64,000 nucleotides of DNA from Tricharina praecox (Eukaryota). Both the position numbers and the translations under genes were made by a program. The notes under the pieces are model-generated. The model saw only the letters and a program-made list of their open reading frames with translations, ran no database searches and had not been told where the DNA came from. This document shows positions 11,562-24,281 of this stretch, piece after piece. The stretch is from NCBI RefSeq assembly GCF_024521635.1, contig NW_026250408.1:1364001-1428000 (forward strand), read 5' to 3'. Each line of letters starts with the position of its first letter. Position 1 is the stretch's first letter.

Positions 11562-11889
11562 GGTGGATGATGATATCTGATGATCTGATTGTGTGGGCAG
11601 TGGGATTTGGGGGCGGAGACTGACGGGTTATATAGGTAACGGGAGGTGTTAAGGCCGCCCAACAGCAGCCGGGCGAATTGTACGCCGATGCAGCCTGCCG
11701 GGCGTTCCGGTGACTCTTTGAATCAATGCCGTAATATATTGGTGGTGGTGATGGTGGTAAAGTCCGCAAGGCGTGAGGCATTACCCCGTTATCCAGATCC
11801 TGGCATGTCCGAGCCCGCACTGCTGGCGCATGAGCCATCGTGCGTCATCCATACAGCAGATCTCGGGGCGCGGTCCGCAATCGGACGAG

Positions 11890-12397
11890 TAGGCTTCAGT
11901 GGCTGAATTCGGGTATAATAGCGAACAGCTAATGGTGACGACACGGCAGCATCCCGGCTCGGAGCGGTGGTGCTCCGTCAATCCGGCAGATGTTCGGACT
12001 TGAAAATCGGTGGACGACGGCGGAGCTCCGTGAACTCGGCAGAGGTCCGGACTTTAGGATCGGTAGCACCCTAGAGTAGATCCCGGGGTAGGATCCCGAA
12101 TCGGAAGATCAGGCTCGAGTGGCTGGATTCGGATATAAAGCTACGGCATTGGTGACGGCGAGGCAGCATCCCGGCTCGGGGCGCTGGAGCTCCGTTGATC
12201 GTGCCCCGGTAAAGCTTCGGACTTTAAGATTAGTGGAAGATGGTGCAGCTCCGTCAACATGGCAGAGGTTCGGACTTCAGGATTAGTATAAGATGGCGGC
12301 AGAGGTTCGGACTTTAATCTTAGTGGAGGACGGTAGAGCTCCGTCAACCCGGCATAGCTTCGGACTTTAGGATCGGTAGGTGGAAGACTGTGCAGCT
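11890..12397. repeat. Degenerate ~51-bp tandem repeat nested in a ~220-bp higher-order duplication
   Basis: About six copies of gctccgtcaa..ggcaga.gttcggacttta.gat..gtgga.ga.gg. The block 'gtggctg.attcgg.tataa...ggcagcatcccggctcgg' occurs at ~11899 and ~12119. Confidence 0.8.
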
Positions 12398-12603
12398 TGT
12401 TGTATCATAAAAAAAGGCGCAACGTATGATCTGCATGTGTGGGATGAGGATGAACGGACCACTGTGACTCCATGAGGAACCCTGGATAGTAATTTGGAAT
12501 CGATTAACTACGGAGCTCATTGACATCTACATATCTCCGCGTCGGCAGCCGTCACTCGTCACTCCTCGCACACGTGACGCGTCTTTCCCACCGTGGCTAC
12601 GGC

Positions 12604-14273
12604 TTAACATTCATCCTCCCTCGGCTTCCGTCCATACGCAACATCGCTGCAAAAGGGTTAGTCCACGCGTCGGCAAGAGAGGACTGGATTGGGGGGATGG
12701 GGGAGGGGTTTACTTCATGAAGTAGAGATGGTAGTTCCGGTTGGACATGGCTTCGACAGCATCCTTACAGATCTTCTCGGCCTCGTCGTGGCCCATCCCA
12801 AGGATCCGCGTGAACGATTGGTAGCCGTACGCGTTGAAGGCGGTTTCTCCGTTCACCATGGTCATCACTCCGATTTGCCTACGTCACCACGGTCGGCCGG
12901 TTAGTATCGAGTCCGGGAGAGGGACTTCGTTTCGTCGACTCACTTCATGCGCTACGTCCCGTCAGTAAATATGTCATCTCTAGCCCCCTCCCTCTTGCGA
13001 TGCACTTACTTTGTTCTTTGGCCACGCGCCGATCGGCTGCTTGGTCTGGATGACGTTGATATCGACGAAGCCAGCGTCTTCGAGGTTCTTTCTCAGCGAC
13101 GCGGTGGTCACACCGGGACGTCCGATCTTCGCCAGCGCTTTGGCGAGCAGGTCGAAGAAGACTTTCATCGGGTTGTCGTCCGCCATCGTTCCGTCGTCGC
13201 AGAACGTGGCCATCTCGAACTCGAGGAGCTCGACGAAGCCGCCTGGTTTGCAGCAGCTAACAGAATATGAGGATTAGTCGAAGGAGGATGAAATCGAGAG
13301 GGGAGGGAGCTCACATGTAGGCTTGCGAGAGCAGCTTGGGCCAGTCACCGATGCTGTGCGAGACAGTGCGGGCGTGGATAAAGTCAAAGTAGTCCTTCAC
13401 GAATCAGTTCATCGCACGTCGTGAATACAAAATATAGAGCATACAGGCTTGAACGTCCATTCTCGCTCGGCATCGTCGACCTCGAATTTGCAGTTAGGCG
13501 GAACCCACTTCGGCTGAATAGGACTATTTACGAGTGCTATTCCGTGAGTGATCCGGCAGCCGGGCCAACTTTCAAGGCGGGGGGTGGCATGACGTACGTG
13601 AGATCGATTCCGATGACCTGCGCCATGGGGTACTTATCGGCCATATCAATGGCCCAGATTCCGGTGCCAGTACCGACATCGAGGATGTTGTGGGGCTCGG
13701 CCAGTGGCGATTGGTGCAGTTCCGAGCGGAGCTGGAGCATGATCTCGTGGTACATGTCGAGGCTGCGCGGATATTGTCAGATGCGCGGGCCCTCCTCGCG
13801 CGTACGGTAGCGCGACATGCGCTCGCTGGGGAAACGACATACCGGTCCTGTTCGATCTAGATGAAGACGAATCCGCGTGAGCCACATTCCGGACAGCCAG
13901 CGATCGGGAGGAGCAGGATATCATACCTCGTCCGTCGGCAGCAGGTTCTTCTCGGGTCCGAAGTACGCATGGTAGCGACGGCCATCGGCTCCAAAGATGT
14001 ATTCGTTTATGCTGCTCGTGAGACTCGCAGTGCTCGAATTGAAACTATTCTCGCGGATGAACGGCATCAGTACACGACTACTGGTTGACGCTGTCGTCGC
14101 CGCCGAAAAAGCAACGAACAGCGACAACACACAGGTAAGTAGGAACACACCTAGTTTCGTAATCATAATCGCTCTACGAGATCGGGATGTTAGCAGGAGT
14201 GCCGTGGCAGGAACGAAGCATAGCGACACACCGTATCCGAGTCGACCTCGATCTGGGACGACGAAGACGACAT
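12604..14273 (-). CDS. SAM-dependent methyltransferase (LaeA-like/Methyltransf_23), ~11 exons
   Basis: GRRYHAY..LLPTDE|IEQDRLDMYH, ILDVGTGTGIWAIDMAD.YP, SPIQPKWVPPNCKFEVDD, KPGGFVE, PIGAWPK; ends VAYGRKPREDEC*. Confidence 0.92.
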
Positions 14274-17200
14274 GACGATGATGATGTATGAAGTTTCGGG
14301 GAAACTGAGCTAGGCGGGTATATGTACCGGCAAGTGGGGGAACGAGTATAGGGAGCATCTAGCTGGGGCGTCGTCCATCATATAGATAAAGGAGGCAGCA
14401 CACCACGGGGTTCCGAGGCCATAATCCACCAACCAGGTCGGCGAACTACTTTAGCGAAACTACACACGAAGTCTCAACAGGAGAAGCGGGGTGTCGGGAG
14501 AGACACGTGTAGATGGGTGGTGCTAAGTAAAACTTGGTAACGGGGGGGAACTAACGAATGTAGGGTCCAGGATAAGAAGTGAGAACTTGTTTAGTGCCAT
14601 CAGTCGAGGAACTTGGCGCTGGCTGTGGATTTCTGCTCGGCTCCCAGGCGATGTTCTCGTACACAAATATTTAGGTGTGCATATGCAGTGAAGACTACAC
14701 CTAGCAGTAGATGGAAGGAAGCGACGTTGCGAAGCGATGGCCTCCTTCCGGGCGGGACGGGTGCGCCAAGTACCGCAGACGTGGGGTCCGAAAAGCTGGT
14801 TACCCCGCATATCCAGCCCATCCAGTACTGTATCGACATCCTTCTCGTTACGGCGCACCCGCACGCGATAGTTACCGTACCGCGGTTACCGTACCGCAGT
14901 TTCGGTACTCATATAGCGATCCAGGCCGGAGCCTTATACCTGCCTGGTCGATAGCCGAAGTCCGAGTCCCGACGCCCCTTCCGGCATCCGCAACTTAATC
15001 TCAACTTCATCCCAACTACCTACTCTACATGTAGCATCCCACCGTTGAAAACAATCTACCTGTTCCGGCCGTTCAGTTCTCTGCGAAAGTGCGAAAGCCG
15101 TTCTTGTGACACTGCCCCACTGTCCACAGTCTTGGGCACTCTGGGCGCTACTCTACTCTGGCAAGGTGGGTGACAGGGAGCAGAGTAAGCAATCCGGATT
15201 CCGGACCCAGCGATTGTGCACATGTACTCTACCTACTCTACCTCGCTACGGTCCACACGCTGGGATCATGTTATCCACCCATATATCCGTCATGCGGTTC
15301 CGCGCCGGACTGGGCCGGACTCCACCCCCGTCGCCCACCGGCGGGTGCCCTACTGTCTCACAGCTCGATGATTATGTACGATGAGCTGACTGGCTGGATG
15401 CGCAGGCGAGAAGTTCCGCAGCTTCAACGCTGGAAAGCTCTCGCAGGACTGGTCCCAGAAAGCCAGAATGTTTGCGACTTTTCCACTTCTGCTCGATTGC
15501 GGCATTGTTGTATATTGTGGGACTTGGGTCGGGCCCAGGCCCGCTTTGATCGGCCAAACGTTGAGATGTTGCTACTTTTTATGTTCGTCTGGTCGGTTGG
15601 TCAACATACACAACCGTCGCAGGCCTTACCTTCCTTCCCCCCTCTCATCATTGTTCATCCTCATCTCGTCAATAAACTTGCGAGATACTTGAGGTTCATC
15701 ACCTGAAGAACACAGGTAACTCTTTTCTTTCAGTGTCGTTTCTCTTTCTAATCAAACACAATCAGTCGTATATCTTCTTATCAAAGTTGCCTGAGGGTCA
15801 CCTGGTCGCCAGTGCTTCAATATCTATGGAGCTTACATCACATAACATATCCCTGAAACATGCGTCTTTTCTCGCCCATTATGTGGACGGACGTGAGGTT
15901 TGGCCAAGGCACTGACGTCAAATACTCTACACCACTACACAGCCACTTGATTCTTTCCCTTCCATGCACACCACCACTCGAGTAGTACGAGTTCATCTCG
16001 CAGCCCGATCGTGTGTGGATTTCTCTTCTCTTCGTGGAGGGTGTGTATGTACTCTACTCTACCGTTACACGGTTGCCTACGAGCCAAACGTTCCAGACTT
16101 GCACCCACCTACATAGCCGTTAACTTATGAAAAAGAAAACATACGGTAGTAGGTGAACGAATCGCAATTCATTGCAGCCTGCAGCTCCTTTCCTGCACTC
16201 AGCTCGCCTCGAAAACGACCCATCTCATCGAGCACCATCTCATCAGTGATCACCCGCCCGTCACAACCCGCCGATGACACTCAGGTAGACAAAGACAAAA
16301 GTTCAACCGCACTATATTACACTCGACCTGTATGGATCGAGGCCTGCACACTCCGTTTTCTCCCGCCAGACCGATGGCCGGGCGCGGTGCAGCCACCTGC
16401 CTACTTACCCCGCCTTCCAACTCCAACTGCGTAGCCAAAGTGAATACCATAGGTAGCGCACCAATGAAATCTAACAAGTCGGACTTATATGCGTACACAC
16501 GGAGCCAGCCACCACCGCCCCCCCTCATCCCACCGCATTACTCTCTTCCGCCAAGAGCCAAGAGAGGCTGGCGGTCAGCCAAAGCCCACTGGCCACCGAA
16601 TCACCATGCCCTCCATTCTCTCCCTCTCCCTCTTCCTCTCCCTCTCCCGCATTGTTGGATGGGTGTTCGTTTCCGTCATCGCCCACAGGCCACAGCCCCT
16701 CCCTCACTCACACGAGCTCTAAGCAGGCTAAACATGCTAGCTGTTTTGCTTGCAAATACGCCTGGCTAGGTGAAACACCACTCCCTCCTTTGGGGTGCCG
16801 CTTGGTGTTTCGGATCTGCGAGCCACGGAGGAGCCGGGTTCCACATGAACCCCATGCCCTCGCCTCGCCTCGCGCAGACCGTCGTATGCGGTTTCCTTCT
16901 CATGTCGCCGATATTTTCTGGTCCCGTTGCATCGGATGTCGCCAACGTAGGTTGCGATCAAATAAGGTGTGAAAGCGGTGGCATAAGTGCACCCGCGCGG
17001 AGAAAACTCATTCCGCGGGTGACGAAGACCATCCTTGCGGGCAACGAGGAAAAGTACGCGCGAAGAGAACGGCCGCAAGGTAGCGAATTGGGCGCAAGGC
17101 CGAGCACTCCGAAAGTGCACATATTTATCTGGCCTGGCGATGCAAACGTGCTAATTCATAGTTAGTTCCACGTCGGTGTTGTTCTGCAATAGGGAGTGGT

Positions 17201-19358
17201 ATATAATTTCTTGTTTATAGCTGAGTTCGATCATCTTCTAAGAATTGATCTGCCATCCGAGTTTCTCGACGTCACGGATGGTTGTAGTGCGGTGACACGA
17301 TTCTGTCGTCCTGGGGAAGGTTGGCGAGTAAGGAAGGGCCAAGGCTGGCGTGGGAGGGAAAGGTTGGGTGCACGATTGAATGGCCTCGGGTATGTCGCGA
17401 CAGGTAAGCACGTCATCTCGGAGAAGAACGGCGACAGCCCTCGCGCGTGATGTCGCCGTATGGATGAGAGATTTGGGCGGTATTGGAGAGAGAACACCGC
17501 TGAGAGCCGCGTTCGGTGCCTGGATTTATTGAGTGTGGACTGATTGGAGGTAGATTGAGTGTTGACTGGCGTCCTGTGTGACGGAACGGCGGGTCGGCGG
17601 CACGAGGCAAACAAGATAAGGGGGTTATGAATCGGCTGAAACAAGAGAACAGGTTGATATCAGTAGAAACCGGATGGCAGTTTCCTCAGTCCTGTCGAAG
17701 GAAGGCTATTTGTTTCGTTCATGGGAGCCACAGGCAAGTAACAGGCGAGCGGTGACTATGAGGGGGACGACCATCGAGGTTCGTGAATGGTGTAGGGCAT
17801 TACGGCGTTGAGATATTGGAGCTGGATTGACCGGCGTCCAGTTCTGACGGGTGAGAGGGAGGATGGCCTTAGGCGTGTCATGACATGAAGCCTCGTCATC
17901 CTTGCGGAGGCCGACGGTGGCTCCGAGCATGTTGTCGACGAACGGATAGATGAAAACGGGGACGCCGGGGGTGTGGGGCATGTTAACCTCGCTGTTCCGG
18001 GGGGCAAATTGTACAATCAGGATGACGACTACAACGCCAGTGGCTGTTCGTAGCAGCAAGGGTTGGGTGCAATCAAGTGTTTCGAGGCGTGTCTATTGTG
18101 ATATCCTGGCTTCGTAAAGAATCGTAGCCGCAGTGATTGGGTTCTGTTCGGCGGTGAGAACTCCGGGGGCAGAATGTCGATGGAGGTCGTGGGTGGTATG
18201 ATCTGCAATGGTGAGGAAGACGCTGCTTTTAACCACCCCGCTCTCCGAACACCCTTGCCCCCATGATCCATCGGGCGGTACCTTGGTGGTGCGCATGTCA
18301 GAACTCTGATCAATCACATTTCTCTCGAGCCTCATCCAACATCAATTGGGGTAATCAAGTGCAAACCACCCAAGCCTCGTGCCAGTCCAGACCACAAGGT
18401 AAGTGCTCTAAGTGCTCAGGTACTCTATGTGAGGCACGTCCTACGACGACGACGGCACATATGACATGCCGGGTCGAGGTCGCCCCCCCCCCCCCCCCCC
18501 CCGTGGACCTGTCGTTCCTAAATTGCACAAACCTCGGCTGATGGGCGCACCTGCGTGGGGTAACCACTCTATGAAGATAGGTATTTTGTGTGCAACCCCA
18601 GCCAAGACGTCGAGCGCGGGCAACCCATTCCAAAAGCGAAGCACTATCGTATCACAGCTACTTCGTTACTTCCAGGACTTAGATGCTCTACGACGTCGCT
18701 GCTGTTCAGAATTCTCCGCGTTTCTGCGTGCCATAGTACCGGCATAGAGCGCCGAAGGAGCGGGACTTTGTGGGACCTGAGTGGGACCAACCGATATTGA
18801 GTCGGACTTTGTACTGACCTGGTGGGACCAGCTGTCTTGCAGGTGATGCCAGGTGTGTCTGATGGGAGACCCGATGCGGTCGTCAAACGTTTAATTGTTT
18901 CTGCTGCGACTATTTCTGTCGTCCTTGCGCGTCGTGTTTCCTTTTCACTATCATCATCATCATCATCAAGAGAAAGACTTTAGTCTTAATGATCACGACT
19001 TTGTTCCTCACATGTTTTTGAGCCTCTCATCACCCATCCACGCCTAGTCCGCCCTCCACCATGCAGTCGTTCGTTTGGGTAAAGTCCCGGGTCTTTCCAC
19101 CGTCCACACTCCACGCCCGTTGAGTGCCGGGCCTCCACCCCGGCGTTCGCACCCTCTCGGTTCGAGACTCCGTGCATCATCACTGTCGATGACTATCACA
19201 AAGTGGACTCCGCGACGTTGAATTCCTGTATGTATCTGTCGGTACGTTGGTTCGGGCACTAACTAACCGATCAACTAGATGAACAAGTACTAGTACTTCG
19301 CTAGGTGCCGGTATAACTAGTACTAGTACATACCGGCCCGTCCCTGGCCTCCCCGCAA

Positions 19359-19440
19359 TAGAGCTCGGAGATCCTAGAGCTCGGAGATCCTAGAGCTCGG
19401 AGATCCTAGAGCTCGGAGATCCTAGAGCTCGGAGATCCTA
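19359..19440. repeat. Minisatellite (TAGAGCTCGGAGATCC)5
   Basis: Five perfect 16-bp copies read directly. Confidence 0.97.
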
Positions 19441-20074
19441 CAGCACGGTAGTCGACGGTACCTACTAGTAGAGTAACTAACTACCGGGAGCAACTCCATA
19501 TATACCCGATGCACACTCGCAGCGCGCACCATGATTCATCTGCTTCCGGATCGATCGCTGTTGGACTCTGCGGACTACGCATCATCCAGCGGAACACAGC
19601 ATTCCCGAGCGGGCGTGCGGACTCGACTTTTGAGCTGTCGAGCTGTCACGCCAACTCTGATTCCGGTGTAGTTGGCGTCAAATTGAATGCGATCGAACGC
19701 CAAGCATTCGACGCGCTGGCATCATAATCATCGGCTCTCGAACGCTGCTTGCATCCCGCATCCCTACCCTGCTCGCACGCAAAGCGGATGCCACACCGGA
19801 TATGTTATTACTAACGTGGTACATTACGGGAGCCATGGATATTGGACTGTGGCCCCCCCACAACCATAGGTCCAACAAGCTTCAGCTTAGCTTTCCTCCA
19901 CACCCACCCCGCCCGCCTCCATCATCACCTGCCCAGTTCAAACGCTTCTGCTCGATCGGCGCCCTTGTTCGTCTGCTTATCCCTCGAGACGCCGCGCACT
20001 CCTCGACACCCGCCCCCCACTGTAGTCCTACGCCGACGTCCCTTCTTCTTCTCCTAAAGGCAGTTGTGAATGAA

Positions 20075-21645
20075 ATGCTACCCAATACCGAGCTCTATTC
20101 CCCCGCGATCGAGGTGGACCCTGCAATGGTCAGCCAGCCAAGAACGAGCCCTTCCGTCCCCGTGGGTCTCGGTGTGTGTGTGTGTGCGCATCATCGCTGA
20201 CTGTCGGTTCAGTACGACGAGGAGGACCTGGGTTACGAATCCGCATTGTCGGGATACGACTCGGATACCATGTGCATCGCCTCGACGATGAACGAGTATC
20301 TGCTCGAGAATGGTAGTTACAAAACATCCGGAATCAAAAGCTGCTAGTTAGCTCAGCAGTTGTTTCACCCCCACCCATTGCGGCATGTTGATGGTTAAGG
20401 CCAGGCCGACTCTACCACACTTATTATGGACCCGACAAGAACATACTTCCTTTAGATGAAATTGAGCAGGACCGCATGGACCTGTGTCACGATATCTTCA
20501 ATCTGATGCTTGAAGGATTACATTTGGCGCCGGTAGAAAGCCCGACCCGAATCTTGGACGTAGGCACGGGTATGCGATGGGCTTTCCTTTTTCTCTTTCC
20601 TTTTTCTATCTCTCTCTCTCTCTCTCTCTCTCGGTGGACCCTCGGCTGATGGCAGTGCTAGGAACCGGCGTTTGGGCTATTCAAGTGGCGGAAGAATATC
20701 CGCAGGCCGAAGTCATCGGCATGGATCTTAGTCCCATTCAGCGCGAATGGGTGCCGCCGAATTGCCGGTTCGAAGTGGACGATGCCGAACGAGATTTCAC
20801 CTATCAAAGGAATTCCTTCGACCTTGTTCACGTACGGAATCTAGGCCAATGCATCGATGACTGGGAAAGATTGATGTCGGAGATATATCAGTACGCACGA
20901 GATCCCGTCCGCGCACATACGTTTCCAATCTGGTGCTGATATACAACCGTTCTCGTCACAACAGGTGCACAAAACCCGGAGGGTACATCGAGTGGTGCGA
21001 GCTTGGAGGTGTGCTTCCGTCCTCCGTACGCAACGCTGGCGCACCAGGTTCAGTTGACTCACAGTCTTTTCTAGGCACCTGCCACAGCGACGACAACACG
21101 CTGGCCGACAACAACCCGACCAAGCTCTGGTTCGACTGCATGGTCAGAGCTGTCGCGATGCTCGGCCGGCCCGCGTCCATCACCCATATCCTGATGCACG
21201 ACTTCCTCGAGCGCGCCGGGTTCGTCGATATCGAGGTGGCACAGTACAAGCACCCGCTTGCCCCATGGCCGAAAGACAAGCGCCTCAAGCAGATCGGCGC
21301 GATGAACCTGATCGCGGGCGTGACGGGGTACCATGCATACGGTTAGTCACCCCTCCCTGGATGAACCAAGGCTCAAGTGTCCGGTCGGTGGTTGACGCGG
21401 CGTAGGTATGGCGCTGTTTACGCGCGTGTTGGGCTTCCACAGCGACATGGCGGACAAGATCTGCCGCGACTGTCAGGTCGCACAGTTCGATAAGAGCGCT
21501 CACATCTACACGTTTTAGTAAGCCGTTGCCCTCTTTTCTGCCAGCACTCACTCGCCCGGAATCGAGACTGATGCTATTGGCTCTTAGCTATGTCGTGTAC
21601 GCTCGAAAACCCACGAGGGACGAAGCAGCGGCCAACGCCCACTGA
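20075..21645 (+). CDS. SAM-dependent methyltransferase (LaeA-like/Methyltransf_23), ~8 exons
   Basis: GRLYHTY..LPLDEIEQDRMDL, ILDVGT|GTGVWAI, SPIQREWVPPNCRFEVDD, KPGGYIEW, PLAPWPKD; ends VVYARKP..AH*. Confidence 0.92.
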
Positions 21646-22399
21646 AGAGCCAACCAATATATCGTGGATTCGTGGTTGAGCGCGAGATGGTTCAACAAGT
21701 TACAGGTATGTAGCAGAAGGCCCACTGGACAGGCACTTTGCAAAAAGAGATTACCGAGATCATGGACAGAGAATGTATGTATGTAAGTTCAACTATATAT
21801 ACGTTTGAAAGTTTGTTTAGTGGAGAATACACACTGCACAAGCGTTTTGTCGTTCCATATTCGATCGTACGTGCCGATTTCGTCGACGATTATCTTCGTT
21901 GTCATTGAGGTCTCGCGATAGCCAATGCTTCTTCTTCCTTCCAACGCGTGTGGTTTCGGTCTGCGCAGCTGGCAGCCTGGCAGTGTCTGGGGCTGGGAAT
22001 GGTCAATTAATGGTCATCCGCGAAGAAATAGAAACAGTCCCAGGCGAAGGCGTTTCGTTTCGGCATACAACAGACCAAACTCGCGAGTCCGCGACTGCTT
22101 AGCGACTGATTAGCGCGGTTTGTCGTCCCGTTCATTCTGGAGACGGAAGCGGAGACGGGAGTCGGAAGTCGGCAGAGTAGTCAACGGGCACTAGTGGATC
22201 CATCATCCCATCCCGGCTGGAGCGGGAACCGGGGATGCGCCCTGCATCCCGCTACGTTGCTAACCGACTTACTGCCAGATTTACACCCGAAATCCCGGAA
22301 CGTTCGCACTGGAGAACTTCACTGGGCGACGAACAGGATAACCAGACGATAGCTTTGTATGTACAACCTGCTCAGCGCCCAGGCGGAGGGTGAGGGAGA

Positions 22400-24112
22400 T
22401 GTTGCAATATCTGTCTAGATCAGGTAGTCATGGTAGAAGGCACGGGTTGAACCCCACCGGCGAGCGGCAGACTCGGCAACACCTCACGGCCATGAGTTCC
22501 ACCTACACCTAAAGACATCACGATGTTCCTCAGCGATGAAGACGCGCTCGAAATCAGTATCGCAAACGGTGCGGACGTGCAGCCACTTGATCTAATCATC
22601 CGGCGACCCTTATTATCGGCGAGCGGAAGCTCGGCCAGTATTCCATCGGGGACCCTTCTATCGGAATGCACCTTGGCCAGTACCCCATATACGACCCTTA
22701 CTATCGGCGAGTACCTCGGCCAATACCCTACCATCCGCAAGCGCCAACTGCGGCCACTATTCAGTCGACGAGCACTTCGAGACCTACATCCAGAAACCAA
22801 TGGAAATGGCTTGCTCGGGATGCATCAAGGCAAAGGCACGCCGAGTGTTAGATGCGAGTACCCTACGGTCGGCACTGACTATGCACGTACCTACAATGTA
22901 AGGAATGCCGAGAAGGTCGGATGTGAGAATCCTCCGGTCGGCACAAGTGTGCGCGTACCGATGGATGGCATACCGATGATATCGGATGTGGATACCCTAT
23001 GGACGGCACTGAGATGTGCGTACCTATGATGGCAGGCATGCGGATCAGATAGTTGTCGGATGCGGAACCGCCTTCCTAAAACCAGAAGAGGAAGCGGTAT
23101 ATGCAGAAGAGCTGCAACTTGCAAGAACCACCACCACCACCACCACCACCACCACCACCATCAGAGTTGCAGAATGCATCTGAAGCGCAGCCAACGCCGC
23201 TCCCTAGTAAGGGACGCGAGAGTCACTGCTACGGCAAACAGCATTCCTGACAAGGTAGCTGCCACTGCTGCACCAGCGCCATCCAGGAGACTGACGAGGG
23301 GTCAAAGACGGGCTGAAAAGTTCGGGGCTTTGACGGCCTCCGATGCTGTGAATGACGATGATCCACTGTCTTATCAAGAAACGTTGGATAGTACTCTACA
23401 CAGGCAGTGGAAGATTGCAACGCAGCAACAGTAAGCATCTCTACAAGAGAACCGTACTTACACCTGTGGAGGAGTCGGTCACCCGAGGCTCAACGCCTAA
23501 TGGGGTGCAAGTGGGTCTACAAGACGAAAAGGAATCCCGACAGCTCTACCAGGTATAAGGTGAGATTGGTTATCAAAGGCTACGAGCAGGTGCAAGGTAT
23601 TGACTACGAGAGGACCTACGCTCCAGGTGGTAAATTAACAAGGTACTCTACGTTACCTGCTAAGTCCCGCAGCACATAATGGGTGGAAGAGCTGTCGGAT
23701 TCTGCAGATCCGGTGAGCTACCGGGAGCTATTGAGCACCCGAGACGCGGCCATGACTGGTCTGGAGCAGTTGACGAGGAATTCTGGCCGTTGGCCGAGAA
23801 CTCAACATGGGACTATGTCCGGCTGGAAGACGTTTAGAATTCGGAAGGGGACGGCGATGGAAATCATGCCTGCAGACTGAGAAAGTCCTTCTACGGACTG
23901 GTTCAAGCTCCTCGCCTTTGGCATCACTATGTTTCAATGCTTGCTGGTAGGCAGCAAGAGGGGAAGTGTTGCAATATCTGTCTAGATTAGTCATGGTAGA
24001 AGGCACGGGCCTTTACCCCCTATTCCTATATATCTTGGGTTCTCACGAGGCTACAGCCTTACATTTCAATACTACACTGTTCACCACCACATCTTACTCT
24101 ATATTTCCAACA
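22400..24112 (+). mobile_element. Internally deleted, degenerate Ty1/Copia element with 5-bp TSD (GGAGA)
   Basis: Both ends start TGTTGCAATATCTGTCTAGAT. The 3' LTR at 23967-24112 ends CAACA and follows PPT AAGAGGGGAAG. RT remnants GCKWVYKTK..RYKVRLVIKGYEQVQGIDY and CRLRKSFYGLVQAPRLW. GGAGA occurs at 22395-22399 and 24113-24117. Confidence 0.9.
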
Positions 24113-24281
24113 GGAGACCGGCTCGTCTCGCTGAGTGACCGAGCCAGTACTCTGGGCCGTGGACAGAAATGGAGAAAACGTACGCCATCATACCCAGACA
24201 GTCTTACATACACTAGATACGGGTTCGATCTAACACACAAAAAATCAGATCTCGCCAGACCATGAAGAGCAATTGTATTGG

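Noticed and set aside
11890..12397. CRISPR-like appearance of the repeat array
   Set aside because: The units are degenerate with homologous rather than unique spacers, the context is eukaryotic, and there are no cas genes.
23060..23434. Poly-His ORF
   Set aside because: A (CAC)n microsatellite inside the decayed Copia element.
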